Positions 1 through 10,666 of a stretch of DNA of 64,000 nt are shown piece by piece; position 1 is the stretch's first letter; every line of letters begins with the position of its first letter. Source of the DNA: Kiloniellaceae bacterium (lineage in GTDB: Bacteria > Pseudomonadota > Alphaproteobacteria > Kiloniellales > J153). The position numbers and the translations under genes were made by a program. The notes under the pieces were generated by a model. It was given only the letters and a program-made list of their open reading frames with translations, had not been told where the DNA came from and did no database searches. The stretch lies in assembly GCA_021776175.1 (NCBI GenBank), contig JAJFGJ010000017.1, positions 38,273 through 102,272 on the forward strand. Direction: 5' to 3'.

Positions 1-399
1 GCCGCCAAGGAGGCGGGAGCGGCGGGTGTCCATCTTCCGGCCGGGGGCGACCCGGCGGCGGCCCGGCGTGTCCTGGGGAGCGGCCGCTTGATCGGCGTCT
101 CGGCCCACAGCCTCGCTGAAGCCCGGAAAGCGCAGGAGCACGGCGCCGACTATGTGACCCTGAGCCCTATTTTCGAAAGCGCGAGCAAACCGGGATACGG
201 CCCGGCCTTGGGCCTGGATGGCTTGCGCGCCGCCCGGCGGCATCTGTCGCTTCCGGTGATCGCCCTGGGTGGGATCGGCGCCCGGACCGCCCGCCCGTGC
301 CTCGATGCCGGCGCGGCGGGGGTGGCGGTCATGGGAGAAATCATGCGCGCGCCGGAGTCGGAATTGGCCATGCGCGCCCTATTGACGGTCCTGGACTAA
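1..399 (+). CDS. thiE: Thiamine-phosphate synthase (ThiE/TenI family), 5'-truncated by the window edge
   Basis: Frame is open from base 1 (AAKEAGAAGVHLP). Motifs LIGVSAHS, GADYVTLSPIF, SKPGYG and PVIALGGI. Confidence 0.85.
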   Translation, partial: AAKEAGAAGVHLPAGGDPAAARRVLGSGRLIGVSAHSLAEARKAQEHGADYVTLSPIFESASKPGYGPALGLDGLRAARRHLSLPVIALGGIGARTARPCLDAGAAGVAVMGEIMRAPESELAMRALLTVLD

Positions 400-748
400 G
401 TACCCGCAGTTCCTGGGCTAATATTGTGGCATGAATTGAGAGAGTAATTATAACTAACTGATATATATGCGAAAAAAGAGAGTCATTTCGAGACGAATGT
501 AACCTGCCCCGACATCCTTTGGAAACAGTTAAGACTTGTCTAGGTATATTGCTACCGCTAGGTTTTTGCCCACGGGGATGTGGAATTGCGGTCCGCGGCG
601 TGTTGACCGGGGCCCGAGGAACCAGGGGCTGGGAGGGGAAACTTAGCCAAGAAGAGGGTGACGCGACAGCGCCACCGATGAATTTCAGTTAACGGCCGGC
701 CGCTATGCTCTTCCTCTAGAGTCCGCGGTTTTAAGAGGGGGAAGTCGG

Positions 749-2359
749 TTGAAGCTCGGAAAACTATGGCAATCGTTTCGCAAGGCTCTCGAGGATGCTT
801 TCGTCCCCCGAGAGGTCTTCTTCCGTTCTGGCGATCGTTTCCACCATTTCCCGATTACCGTGCGCGCCCAACGCTTCGTGGCGGTGGCAAGTGTGCTGGC
901 CATTGGCTGGGTCCTGTTTTCTAGCGGCAGTTTCGTGGTCCAGCGTTACGTTCTTTCATCCAAGGATGTGGAGATAGAGCGGCAACAGTTAGCTTACTTC
1001 GATCTCTTGTCCGAGGTCGGTGAGTATCACGATCAGTTCTCCCGCATTACCCAGGATTTGGAAGAGAATCAGGAGTACCTGCTCTCGGTCCTGGAAAGCA
1101 GCCCGGGAGGGCGCAGCGAACTGGCGAAAGCGCAGGACCGGCTCAAGGAATCGCGGACCGAGCAGGCGCGTGTCGTCGTCGCCCGGGATGGGCTGCGCAC
1201 CAAGATGCGGAGTTTCGAGAACGATCTGCGCGACATCGCCAGCCGCAACATTTCCTTACAGACCCAGGTCACCAAGATGCGTTCGCTGTTCGACGCGTCC
1301 CGGGCCGAGCGGGACGAAGTGGCGGCGGCGCGCGAGCGCCTGAGTCAGCGCCTTGGAGATGTCGAGCGCGAATTGGCGCAGGCCGTGACCGCGAAGCGCG
1401 ATATCGATAACCAGATGGCCGATTTGAGCGACCAGCTTGGCCTGACGCAAAGCGAAAGAGCGAAGCTGGCCGATACCAAGGCGCGGCTTGAAAACCAAAT
1501 CACCGAGCTGCAGAGCGAAAAGGCGCGGGAAACGGTGCGCCAGGAACAGCTAAAGAATCGCGTCGCGGCCCTGGACACCGCGCTCGCGAAAGCCACAAAC
1601 ACCAACACGGAGTTGAACGATCAGCGCGATTATCTCGAGCAGCGGGTCGGTGGGCTTGAACAGCGCCTGGTCGATCTGCGCGATGCCGGGCAAAGCGTCA
1701 TAGGCCGTCTAAGCGAGCAAACGCAACTCAGTCTGGATATGATCGAGAAGACCGTCGAGATGACGGGCCTGGATGCCGATACCTTGTTGAAGAATTCTCC
1801 CGGCGTTGCCTTGGGCAAGGGCGGTCCCTTCGTCCCGGCCGGGAACGACCCGGCGGCGTTCGAGCCCAGCTTTCAACTTGAGGCCACCGTAACCACGCTC
1901 GACCACCAGATCGGCCGCTGGACCGCGCTCCAGGATATCGTGCGCAGCCTGCCCCTGACCATGCCTCTTAGTCAGTATCGCGTCAGCAGCAGCTACGGCA
2001 AACGGCGGGACCCCGTCAACGGTCGCAAGGCCAGGCATTCGGGCACCGATTTGGCCGCGCCCTTGAGAACCCCGGTATATGTGACAGCGCCCGGTAAGGT
2101 CGTTTACGCCGGTTGGCGCGGGCGCTTTGGCCGTACCATCGAAGTCGATCACGGTTATGGCATTCGCACGCGCTACGCTCATCTGCGTAAGATCCTGGTC
2201 AAGGTCGGCCAGGAAGTGGAAAATCGCGAAAAGATTGGCTTGGTTGGCAGCTCCGGGCGCAGCACGGGACCCCACGTTCACTACGAGGTGCGCTATAAGG
2301 GAAGAGCGCAGAATCCCATGAAATTCCTAAAGGCGGGCAATCATGTTTTCAAAGGGTAA
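749..2359 (+). CDS. M23-family peptidoglycan endopeptidase with N-terminal TM segment and long coiled coil (LmdC-like)
   Basis: TTG start after a GAGGGGG RBS; one TM helix, heptad-rich middle, C-terminal HSGTD...HLR...STGPHVHYEV zinc motifs. Confidence 0.9.
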   Translation: MKLGKLWQSFRKALEDAFVPREVFFRSGDRFHHFPITVRAQRFVAVASVLAIGWVLFSSGSFVVQRYVLSSKDVEIERQQLAYFDLLSEVGEYHDQFSRITQDLEENQEYLLSVLESSPGGRSELAKAQDRLKESRTEQARVVVARDGLRTKMRSFENDLRDIASRNISLQTQVTKMRSLFDASRAERDEVAAARERLSQRLGDVERELAQAVTAKRDIDNQMADLSDQLGLTQSERAKLADTKARLENQITELQSEKARETVRQEQLKNRVAALDTALAKATNTNTELNDQRDYLEQRVGGLEQRLVDLRDAGQSVIGRLSEQTQLSLDMIEKTVEMTGLDADTLLKNSPGVALGKGGPFVPAGNDPAAFEPSFQLEATVTTLDHQIGRWTALQDIVRSLPLTMPLSQYRVSSSYGKRRDPVNGRKARHSGTDLAAPLRTPVYVTAPGKVVYAGWRGRFGRTIEVDHGYGIRTRYAHLRKILVKVGQEVENREKIGLVGSSGRSTGPHVHYEVRYKGRAQNPMKFLKAGNHVFKG

Positions 2360-2867
2360 CAAGTCTTCCTCTACTGGTTCACAGGCCGGATCGGGGACTT
2401 CGGCCCGCGCCGCGACCCCCGCGGCCCCCTCGATCATTAGCGCCGATCTCAAGATCACGGGAAACTTGGCGAGCGCTGGCGATTTGCAAATCGACGGCAC
2501 CGTCGAAGGCGATATCACCAGCCGCCTGGTGACGGTCGGCCAAGGGGCCCTTGTGCAGGGCGCGATCCTGGCCAATACCGTTCGCGTTTACGGGACCGTA
2601 TCGGGTGAGATCAAGGCCAACGAGGTGACCTTGGCGAAAGGCGCGCGCGTCGATGGCGACATCGGCCACCAGTCGATCGCCATGGAGGCCGGGGCCTCGG
2701 TTAGCGGCAGATTAACCCGCCTTGAAAAGCCGGTCGCCACGGTCGAGTCTCAAGCTGGCGATAAGCCGGCGGCGGGTAGCGGTTCCACGCCCTCCGGCAC
2801 GGCCACGCCGGGCGCCTCCGGTTCAAGCGCCGGCTCTTCGCAAAACTACAGCGGCTACCGGGCTTAG
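2343..2867 (+). CDS. Bactofilin (polymer-forming cytoskeletal protein)
   Basis: PSIISADLKITGNL...LQIDGTVEGDI...VYGTVSGEI beta-helix repeats; overlaps the M23 gene by 17 nt. Confidence 0.92.
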   Translation: MFSKGNKSSSTGSQAGSGTSARAATPAAPSIISADLKITGNLASAGDLQIDGTVEGDITSRLVTVGQGALVQGAILANTVRVYGTVSGEIKANEVTLAKGARVDGDIGHQSIAMEAGASVSGRLTRLEKPVATVESQAGDKPAAGSGSTPSGTATPGASGSSAGSSQNYSGYRA

Positions 2868-3886
2868 GCCGACCCAGTAGCGACTGCCCTGGCGTGAGTT
2901 TCCGGGTCCACGTTGCCGCCGCTTAATGTAAGCGCGAGCGTCCTGCCCCGCGCGTCTATCTTGCCCGCCAGCAAGGCGGCGAGGGACACGGCACCGCCGG
3001 GTTCCACCACCAGCTTCAAGGTCGAAAAAGCATAAGCCATGGCGGCCGCCACTTCGGCGTCGCTGACCGCGAGTCCGCCGGCCAGAAGCCGTCGGTTGAC
3101 GGAAAAGGTGAGAGCGCCGGGCGTCGGCGATAGAAGCGCGTCGCAAAACGAGTCGTGTCCGGGCGCATTGGAAACCCTTTCCCCGCTTTCGAGCGAACGC
3201 CGGGTATCGTCGAAACCCTCCGGCTCCACGGCGTAGACTTTCGTGCGCGGAGACATCTCGGCGAAAACAATCGCGCAGCCCGATGTCAAACCGCCGCCGC
3301 CGCAACACACCAGCAATGCATCCAGCCGCGCGCCCAGTTGTTTCGCTTGGTTGGCGATCTCCAAGCCGCAGGTGCCTTGCCCGGCTATGATTCCCGGATC
3401 GTCGTAAGGGCGCACGATCGTGGCGCCTAGTTCGGCCGCGATGACCTCGGCGCGGGCTTCGCGCGATTCGCTGGCGCGCTCATAAAGCTCTACCGTCGCG
3501 CCATAGCCGCGGGTGTTGGCGATCTTGATCGCCGGGGCGTCGGCCGGCATGACGATGGTCGCGGGAATATCTAACAGCGCCGCCGCCGCCGCGACCCCCT
3601 GCGCGTGATTCCCCGAGGAATAGGAAACCACACCGGCGGCCCGTTGCGCCGGCGGGATCTGGCCGATCCGATTGTAAGCGCCGCGAAACTTGAAGGATCC
3701 GGTCCGCTGCAGGACTTCGGGTTTTATCAGGATCCGCCCGCCGGCCCGCGCATTAAGCGCCTGCGATTCCAGAAGGGGCGTCACAACCGCCTTGCCGGCC
3801 AGGCGATCCGCGGCCGCGACGATGTCGGGAAAACCGGGAGGTGCCGGCAGCGGCTCTTCAGTCGTCGATACGCCGGAGGAATTCAT
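2864..3886 (-). CDS. PLP-dependent threonine/serine dehydratase
   Basis: LQRTGSFKFRGA PLP-lysine motif, SSGNHAQG, CGGGGL, LSGGN. Confidence 0.92.
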   Translation of the reverse strand: MNSSGVSTTEEPLPAPPGFPDIVAAADRLAGKAVVTPLLESQALNARAGGRILIKPEVLQRTGSFKFRGAYNRIGQIPPAQRAAGVVSYSSGNHAQGVAAAAALLDIPATIVMPADAPAIKIANTRGYGATVELYERASESREARAEVIAAELGATIVRPYDDPGIIAGQGTCGLEIANQAKQLGARLDALLVCCGGGGLTSGCAIVFAEMSPRTKVYAVEPEGFDDTRRSLESGERVSNAPGHDSFCDALLSPTPGALTFSVNRRLLAGGLAVSDAEVAAAMAYAFSTLKLVVEPGGAVSLAALLAGKIDARGRTLALTLSGGNVDPETHARAVATGSA

Positions 3887-4721
3887 CGATCGCGCGCTCC
3901 GATTCAGGTTCGTTCATGGACGGTGCGTGGCCAACCCCGGCCAGGGACAAGTATGCGAGGTCGGGTTTGACCCGGACCATTTTTTCGACTGTCTCCTCGC
4001 TCAGCACGTCCGACTTGCCGCCCCTTATGAGCAGGACCGGAATCCGGCGCAGGGCCGCGAAGAGGCGCCAAATATCCTCCTGTTCATGGGTTTCGCGCAA
4101 GGGCCGTACGAGATTAACGTCGTAATCGACGTGCAACTGACCGTCCGCGCCCTCGCGAAAGCTTGCCTCCGTGAAGCGCCGCCAGTCCTCATCGGTCTTA
4201 TAGGACAGGTATGGGAAAGTCTGGCGCATGGTGGCGGTCGCGGTTTCCCAATCCGCTTGCGGATGGTCGCGGCTAAGATAGTCCAGTATCCGTTCGGTGC
4301 CGGAGGGGTTCAGGTCCGGCCCGACATCGTTGAGAATCACTCCCGCCAAAGCCGTGGGCGCGACGACGCTCAAGGCCATGGCGAGCAAGCCGCCGAAAGA
4401 GACGCCGCAGATCACGGCCCGGTGCAGGCCGGCGGCGATCATCAAGTGGCGCACGTCGCCCAAGGTTTCTTTCGGTGCGTATTTGCGCCAGTCGGGATCG
4501 GTGTCCGATTGGCCCCGGCCCCGGTAATCCGGGCAGACGACCCGGCGACGCCCGGCCAGGCGCCGGGCCAGGACATCGAAATCCTTGGCATTGCGGGTCA
4601 GGCCGCTTAGGCACAGCAAGGGCGCCGGCGCGCTCAGGGGATCGCCGTAATCCCGATAATAAAGGCGGCAGCCGTCCTGGGCATGGTAATGGCGTTCCTG
4701 GAACCCCACGGCCTGGGTCAT
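3858..4721 (-). CDS. Alpha/beta fold hydrolase
   Basis: Start moved to MTQAVGFQ (4721), 5 nt after the HAD stop. GLTRN..DF, DYRGRGQS, nucleophile GVSFGG, GHAP. Confidence 0.85.
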   Translation of the reverse strand: MTQAVGFQERHYHAQDGCRLYYRDYGDPLSAPAPLLCLSGLTRNAKDFDVLARRLAGRRRVVCPDYRGRGQSDTDPDWRKYAPKETLGDVRHLMIAAGLHRAVICGVSFGGLLAMALSVVAPTALAGVILNDVGPDLNPSGTERILDYLSRDHPQADWETATATMRQTFPYLSYKTDEDWRRFTEASFREGADGQLHVDYDVNLVRPLRETHEQEDIWRLFAALRRIPVLLIRGGKSDVLSEETVEKMVRVKPDLAYLSLAGVGHAPSMNEPESERAIDEFLRRIDD

Positions 4722-4725
4722 GCGC

Positions 4726-5424
4726 TCAAAGGCCCAGAAGCCCCGGCAGGTCCTCCAGCGACGATATGACCGCCGACAGTTCGCCCGGCAGGCGCTCCGG
4801 CTCTTTCCCAAAGCGATTCATCCAGGCGACGTGAAAGCCGAAATTGGCGGCGGCGCTGGCGTCCCAGGCGTTGGTGGAAACGAAGCAGATTCGATCTCTC
4901 TCTATCCCCAAGCGATCGACGGCGAGCTGATAGACGCGGCTATCGGGTTTGTAGATACCCACGTCTTCGATTGAAAAAGCATGGTCGAGCTGTTCGCCGA
5001 GCTTGGCCGATTCGATGGCTGCTTGCAGCATTTTCGGGGTGCCGTTGGATAGGATCGCGGTTTTCTTGCCGCCGCCGCGCAAGCGGCCCAGGCAGTCCGC
5101 GACATCGGGATAGGCGTCCAGCCCCATGTATTGGTTCATGAGCCGCGCGTGCAGGTCGCTATCGTCCACACCGTGCGATGCCAGCGCGTAGGTCAGTCCC
5201 TCTCCCGTCACTTGCCAGAAATCGGCATGCGCGCCCATCAGGCTGCGAAGCCAGGTGTATTCGAGTTGTTTCTGCCGCCACAGGGCGGAAACGCTATCGG
5301 CCTTGTCGCCCAGCGACTTTCCGGCGCGGCCAACAGCGGAGTGCACATCGAACAAGGTTCCATAGGCATCGAAAACACAGGCGCCAATATCGGCGAAGGC
5401 GGGGTGGGTCATTTCAGGTTCCAT
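4726..5424 (-). CDS. Haloacid dehalogenase, type II (HAD superfamily)
   Basis: VFDAYGTLFDV, WRQKQLEYTW, ILSNG, YKPD, FVSTNAWD. Confidence 0.92.
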   Translation of the reverse strand: MEPEMTHPAFADIGACVFDAYGTLFDVHSAVGRAGKSLGDKADSVSALWRQKQLEYTWLRSLMGAHADFWQVTGEGLTYALASHGVDDSDLHARLMNQYMGLDAYPDVADCLGRLRGGGKKTAILSNGTPKMLQAAIESAKLGEQLDHAFSIEDVGIYKPDSRVYQLAVDRLGIERDRICFVSTNAWDASAAANFGFHVAWMNRFGKEPERLPGELSAVISSLEDLPGLLGL

Positions 5425-5471
5425 TTTTTGAAGTCGCGAAAGAAGTTATCTAAACGAAGCCTTCGCGGGCC

Positions 5472-7598
5472 TTAAATGCAACAGGAAAGATTTTGGTTGA
5501 AGACGTGCAAATTTTGCTCGGGCCCGAAAGGGCTCAACTTCGGCAGGCCCGCCACGCCGGGCGGCGCGGTGCCCAGGAGCTGACGGTAGGCTATCAGGCT
5601 TTCGAGAATGCGTTGGACGTAGTTGCGGGTTTCGTCAATGGAAATACTCTCGATCCAGTCGATCGTATCGACGTCGGGATCGCGCGGATCGCCGAAGGTC
5701 TCGATCCAGCGGTCCGCCCGCGTGGGCCCGGCGTTGTAGGCCGCGAGCGCCAGCACGTAGGAACCGTCATAGCGGTCGAGCAGGCTCGACAGGTAGCTCC
5801 GCCCAAGCAGAAGATTGTAATCCGCATCGCCCAGCAATTTATCCCGGCTGTAGGAAACCTTGATCCGCTTGGCGACATGGCGGGCGGTCGCCGGCATGAT
5901 TTGCATCAGGCCCCGGGCCCCGGAACGGCTGACCGCCAGGGGATAAAAGCCGCTTTCCTGCCGGATCAAGGCGAGAAGCAGGGCGGTCTCGGGCCTCTCG
6001 GCCTGCGGCAGTGCCATGCGGGGAAACAGGAAGCCGGGGAGAACGATGCCCTTGCCACGGGCGGCCCGCGCGGCGCCGGTGGCCAGATCGGGGCGGTCTA
6101 GCGTCCTGGCCAGTTCGGCGACCAGCGCGTAGTCCTTGCCGGTCTTGGCCAAGAACTTGAGGCGCGCGAGGAAGCGCTCCAGCAGCTTTGTTTCGCCGAT
6201 TTCACTCAAGAGACGGACGACTTGGACCAGTTCGCGCTCATGGAAGGTCTGGCGGCTCCGCGCGCTGGGCCTGCTGCGCGCATGCAAATCGATCGCGGGG
6301 CCGCGCCCCAGGCGGTGGCTCGCGAGCAGACCGTAGAAGCTGGTATCGTGGGTGGCCGCGTTCGCATACCACTGCCGTGCGCGCCACCGCCACAATCCCC
6401 GTGCCTCCCGGGTGTCCTGGCGACGCGCCGGAACGCCGGCCAGTTCGCGCGCGGCCTCGCCAGCCCAAAACGCGCTCCGGCCCAAGCTGACCGAGGACGA
6501 CACGCCTTCGTGCAGACGGGTGAAATGGGTGTAGGCCTCTCGCGGCTGGTCGAGAAACCGCAGGGCGACCCAACCGGCCAGCCATTCAGCCTCGGCGAAA
6601 CCGATCCCCGCGCTCATGCCGTGGCCGCTGGCAATGCGGTAGGCGACCGAGATATCGCCCTTGGCCAGCGCTTGACGCACGGCCCAGTGGCGCAGAGGCC
6701 ACCAGCGTTCCGCCCGCGGCGCCATGGGAGCCGGCGGATCGAGCAGGGCGATAACATCCTCGTAGCGGCGGCGGCGTTGGCGCCAGCGCGTCCGCTCGTA
6801 TCTCAGACCGGGATCGCCGCGCAGATTTTCGGGAACCCGGCGAATCGCCGAATCGACCCCGGCCCGGTTGCCGGCCAGGCTCAGACGCGCCTCGGCCAAG
6901 GCGGCATAACCCTTACCCAGCCGCCGGGCCTGGCGACGGGCGGCGCCATGGGACCGGTTCCAAAGCAGGCGCTCCAGGCGCGCGAGATGATCCTCTTCAC
7001 GGATGAAGCCGCCGAAGCGTTTCAGGAACGGGCGCGCCTCGCCGCGGGCGAAGGTTCGTTCTACCCAGGCCGCGCGCACGACCTCGATCGCCAGCTCCCG
7101 CCGGTCCGCGCGCATCAAGGCCCCGGCGTGGCGGGCCGCCCCCTCTACGGTGAGCGCCGCATGGCCTTCGAACCAGGACAGAACTTCGATATCGGGCAGG
7201 TCCTCCGGCATGACCGTCTCGGCGTGGAGCCGCAGGGAGCCCCGGCCCGGCCAGTCGGGGTTCTCGGCGAGAAACAGGTCGAGGTCCGGGAATTTCCGGT
7301 CTTCCTCGCGCGGCGTGGTGTAGTCGAGCCACAGGATGACCTTGCCCAGGCGCGGGTCGGCGGCGGACCGGGCTAGGGTGCGCGCCTCGTCGAAGCGCCT
7401 GGCCTCGGCGAGGCGAAACGCTTCCGCGTAGATTTCCTTGTCCCGGGCGGAGAGTTGAGGCGCGGTGGCAAGCACGCCCGGCGCACCTTTATCGGTGGCG
7501 GCCATGGCCGGGGCCAGGCCGCCAGGCAGGCCGCCGGCCAGCCAGGCGAGCGCCGCCGCGCCCAGGATCCGAATTGTCTTCATGCCGCCGGTCATCAT
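5472..7598 (-). CDS. Soluble lytic murein transglycosylase (Slt70-like)
   Basis: Signal peptide, helical repeat region, IRQES, GARGLMQIMP, AAYNAG and ETRNYV motifs. Confidence 0.92.
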   Translation of the reverse strand: MMTGGMKTIRILGAAALAWLAGGLPGGLAPAMAATDKGAPGVLATAPQLSARDKEIYAEAFRLAEARRFDEARTLARSAADPRLGKVILWLDYTTPREEDRKFPDLDLFLAENPDWPGRGSLRLHAETVMPEDLPDIEVLSWFEGHAALTVEGAARHAGALMRADRRELAIEVVRAAWVERTFARGEARPFLKRFGGFIREEDHLARLERLLWNRSHGAARRQARRLGKGYAALAEARLSLAGNRAGVDSAIRRVPENLRGDPGLRYERTRWRQRRRRYEDVIALLDPPAPMAPRAERWWPLRHWAVRQALAKGDISVAYRIASGHGMSAGIGFAEAEWLAGWVALRFLDQPREAYTHFTRLHEGVSSSVSLGRSAFWAGEAARELAGVPARRQDTREARGLWRWRARQWYANAATHDTSFYGLLASHRLGRGPAIDLHARSRPSARSRQTFHERELVQVVRLLSEIGETKLLERFLARLKFLAKTGKDYALVAELARTLDRPDLATGAARAARGKGIVLPGFLFPRMALPQAERPETALLLALIRQESGFYPLAVSRSGARGLMQIMPATARHVAKRIKVSYSRDKLLGDADYNLLLGRSYLSSLLDRYDGSYVLALAAYNAGPTRADRWIETFGDPRDPDVDTIDWIESISIDETRNYVQRILESLIAYRQLLGTAPPGVAGLPKLSPFGPEQNLHVFNQNLSCCI

Positions 7599-7814
7599 CG
7601 TGAACCCCCGTCACGCTAACATATCGGGCGAAAGTTTCCCGGAGATTACGCCGCGCGGCGGGAATTCCTTAAACGTCTCCCATATACATACGCCCAATCG
7701 GCTCCGGCGCGCCTGGTCTTGCCGGGCCTCAGACCAAGGGTTATCTTCAATGAGACCAAGCGAAACCGCCGCCATAGTGGCGCCAGGCCAACCCGAACCG
7801 CTTGGGGAGACACC

Positions 7815-8702
7815 ATGACAGGAACGATGTTCAAGGGCTCCATGCCCGCCCTCATCACGCCGTTCAAGAATGGCGGCGTGGACGAAGGGGCCTTTCAAGA
7901 ATTCGTGCAGTGGCAAATCGATCAAGGCAGCCACGGCTTGGTGCCCTGCGGCACAACCGGCGAGTCGCCGACCTTGAGCCATGACGAACACATGCGCGTG
8001 ACCGAGTTGTGCATCGAGGTCGCCAAGGGCAGGGTGCCCGTGATCGCCGGCGCCGGTTCGAATTCCACCGCCGAGGCGATACGCCTAGCCCAGCACGCCA
8101 AGAAGGCCGGGGCCGATGCGGTGCTGGTGGTGACGCCGTACTACAACAAGCCGACACAGGAAGGCCTGTACCAGCATTTCAAGGCCATCCACGACGCCGC
8201 CGGCCTTCCAATCCTGATCTATAATATTCCGGGGCGCAGTGTGATCGACATGACGGTCGAGACCATGGCGCGCCTGGCCAAGCTATCGAATATCGCCGGG
8301 GTCAAGGACGCCACCGCCGATCTGATGCGTCCCGCCCAAACCCGCGCCGCGATCGGCACCGGGTTCACGCAGATGTCGGGCGAAGACGGCACGGTGGTTC
8401 CCTTCCTGGCCCAAGGCGGGCACGGGTGCATTTCGGTCACCGCGAACATCGCGCCGCGCCAATGCGCCGACCTGCACGAAGCCTGGCAGCGCGGCGACAT
8501 GGCAAGCGTCAGCGCGATCAACGACCGCTTAATGCCCCTGCACGAGGCCCTGTTCGTCGAGGCCAGCCCCGGCCCGGTCAAATTCGGCGCCAGCTTGATT
8601 GGCCTTTGCGAGAACCGCTTGCGCTTGCCGCTGGTCAGCATCAAGCCGGAGACCGAGACCCGGGTGCGCGCGGCCATGGCGCACGCCGGTTTAATCAACT
8701 AA
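7815..8702 (+). CDS. dapA: 4-hydroxy-tetrahydrodipicolinate synthase
   Basis: [25 protein letters not shown] and GVKDAT; RBS GGGGAGA before ATG 7815. Confidence 0.97.
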   Translation: MTGTMFKGSMPALITPFKNGGVDEGAFQEFVQWQIDQGSHGLVPCGTTGESPTLSHDEHMRVTELCIEVAKGRVPVIAGAGSNSTAEAIRLAQHAKKAGADAVLVVTPYYNKPTQEGLYQHFKAIHDAAGLPILIYNIPGRSVIDMTVETMARLAKLSNIAGVKDATADLMRPAQTRAAIGTGFTQMSGEDGTVVPFLAQGGHGCISVTANIAPRQCADLHEAWQRGDMASVSAINDRLMPLHEALFVEASPGPVKFGASLIGLCENRLRLPLVSIKPETETRVRAAMAHAGLIN

Positions 8703-8720
8703 CGGCACGGCTAATTTCCC

Positions 8721-9185
8721 ATGTCAGCCGGCGCGAAAAAGCTGGTCGCGCAGAACCGTAAGGCGCGCCACAATTACCTGATCGAAGACACGCTTGAGGC
8801 TGGGCTCGTGCTGACCGGGACCGAGGTCAAGTCCTTGCGTCTGGGCCGCTGTTCCCTGATCGATTCCTATGCGGTGGAACGCGAGGGCGGGTTGTACCTA
8901 ATCAATGCCCACATCCCGACTTACGATCCCGCCAGCAAATTCAACCACGAACCCAGGCGCCCGCGTAAGCTCTTGGTTCATCGGCGTGAAATGGACCGCC
9001 TGCTGGGCCTGGTTCAGCGCGGCGGCTACACGCTGGTCGCCCTGTCGATCTATTTCAACGAACGCGGCCGGGCGAAGGTGGAGCTTGGCCTCGCGCGCGG
9101 TAAGAAAAAGGCCGACAAGCGCGAAGCCGACAAGAAACGCGACTGGCAACGCGACAAGGCGCGGTTGATGCGCGAACGGGGCTGA
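8721..9185 (+). CDS. smpB: SsrA-binding protein SmpB
   Basis: [40 protein letters not shown]. Confidence 0.98.
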   Translation: MSAGAKKLVAQNRKARHNYLIEDTLEAGLVLTGTEVKSLRLGRCSLIDSYAVEREGGLYLINAHIPTYDPASKFNHEPRRPRKLLVHRREMDRLLGLVQRGGYTLVALSIYFNERGRAKVELGLARGKKKADKREADKKRDWQRDKARLMRERG

Positions 9186-9197
9186 CTTTCCCGGCGT

Positions 9198-9836
9198 CTA
9201 CCCCAAATACCGCCGCAGTTCCGCGAACACGCTTTCGAACATTTCCGTTGTCAGCCGTCTCGTGTTGGTGTTGTAGCGCGAGCAATGATAGCTGTCGGCC
9301 AGCATCGGGCCGCCGGGCAGGTCGTGCATTGCGCCGTGGGCGAACTTGCGGGCACTTTTGCGGTGGCCGAGGGCGCTCAAGACCGCGCCGTGGGCGATGC
9401 CGCCCAGGGCCAGGACCGCGCGCAATTCGGACATGCCCTCGATCTCCGACTTCAGGTATGAGCCGCAGGTTCGGATTTCCTGGGTCGTGGGCTTATTTTG
9501 CGGCGGCACGCAGCGCACCGCGTTGGTGACTCGGCACCCGACCAGCTCAAGCCCGTCGTCGGGGCGGCGGTCGAAGGTGCCGCGCGCGAATCCGAACTTG
9601 ATCAGGGTCGGATACAAAAGGTCCCCTGCGTAGTCGCCGGTGAAGGGGCGGCCGGTCTGGTTCGCGCCCTTCAGCCCCGGCGCCAGACCGACCACCAGCA
9701 AGGGTGCGCCGGCGGCGCCGAAAGACGCCACGCGGGCATTGTGAAATCCGGGAAACGCGATCCGGTTCGCGCTATGAAAGGCGGCTAGGCGCGGACACAG
9801 CGCGCAATCGAGCGGCGGGCTGGCGGGCGGGGTCAA
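9198..9836 (-). CDS. Uracil-DNA glycosylase, family 5 (UdgB-like, Fe-S)
   Basis: CALCPRL, GLAPGLKGANQTGRPFTGD, VRCVPPQNKP, SYHCSRYN; TTG start overlaps the NYN stop. Confidence 0.9.
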   Translation of the reverse strand: MTPPASPPLDCALCPRLAAFHSANRIAFPGFHNARVASFGAAGAPLLVVGLAPGLKGANQTGRPFTGDYAGDLLYPTLIKFGFARGTFDRRPDDGLELVGCRVTNAVRCVPPQNKPTTQEIRTCGSYLKSEIEGMSELRAVLALGGIAHGAVLSALGHRKSARKFAHGAMHDLPGGPMLADSYHCSRYNTNTRRLTTEMFESVFAELRRYLG

Positions 9837-10489
9837 GCCGGCTGCGGTTCGTAGTAGTCCTCGTCCTCGATTTCATCCTCCGCGAGTTCATCCTCCGAGA
9901 GTTCATCCTCCTCGTCCGCATCCATGGGATCGGGATCGCGCGAGCGCGCGTGATCGCTTGGGAGTCCGCGTTCGATCTCGCCGCGCAGATCCATCAGATC
10001 GACAAAATGGTCGGCCTGGCGGCGCAATTCGTCGGCGATCATGGAGGGTTGAGTCCGGACCGTGGAGATCACGCTCACCCGCACCCCCTTGCGCTGGACG
10101 GCCTCGACCATGCGCCGGAAATCGCCGTCGCCGGAAAACAGCACGATATGGTCGAGATGCTGGGCCATCTCCATGACATCGATGGCCAGTTCGACGTCCA
10201 TGTTGCCTTTGATCTTGCGGCGGCCGGTGGCGTCGGTGAATTCCTTGGCCGGCTTGGTCACCATGGTGTAGCCGTTGTAGTCCAGCCAATCCACCAGGGG
10301 CCGGATCGGGGAGTATTCCTGGTCCTCGATGAGCGCGGTGTAGTAGAAGGCCCGTATCAGGTTACATTTGTCGGCAAATAATCCTTGTAACTTCTTGTAA
10401 TCTATATCGAAATTTAACGTCCGGGCGGTCGCGTAAAGATTAGCGCCGTCTATGAAGAGAGCGACGCGCTCCTGCGGGTAAAAATTCAT
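9833..10489 (-). CDS. NYN-domain (LabA/DUF88) protein with acidic tail
   Basis: FIDGANL, KGNMDVELAID, SGDGDF, ELRRQADHF. Confidence 0.92.
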   Translation of the reverse strand: MNFYPQERVALFIDGANLYATARTLNFDIDYKKLQGLFADKCNLIRAFYYTALIEDQEYSPIRPLVDWLDYNGYTMVTKPAKEFTDATGRRKIKGNMDVELAIDVMEMAQHLDHIVLFSGDGDFRRMVEAVQRKGVRVSVISTVRTQPSMIADELRRQADHFVDLMDLRGEIERGLPSDHARSRDPDPMDADEEDELSEDELAEDEIEDEDYYEPQPA

Positions 10490-10666
10490 GTCTAACCTCA
10501 AGAAAATAATTAAAACCGGTTCTGGTCTATCTCACCCTATATCTTGGTTTGGCACGCCCTCCTCTGACCGTTTGAATGCATGCGAGATCGAATCGCCGGG
10601 TTTTCCTCTCTCTCTATTTAAGTCCGTGGCCGGGCGGCGCAAGGCCGTTGTCTGGGAGAATAATCC

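Noticed and set aside
400-748. AT-rich 350-bp gap before the M23 gene as a riboswitch or CtrA promoter
   Set aside because: No TPP-riboswitch core, and it lies downstream of thiE. The best CtrA-like matches (TTAA-N7-CTAG at 529-543, ATGA-N7-TTAAC at 678-693) each have two mismatches.
4726-5424. HAD hydrolase as the missing phosphonatase PhnX
   Set aside because: Its motif is DAYGT (type II haloacid dehalogenase), not the PhnX DWAGT with a Schiff-base Lys, and it sits over 20 kb from the AEP cluster in core context.
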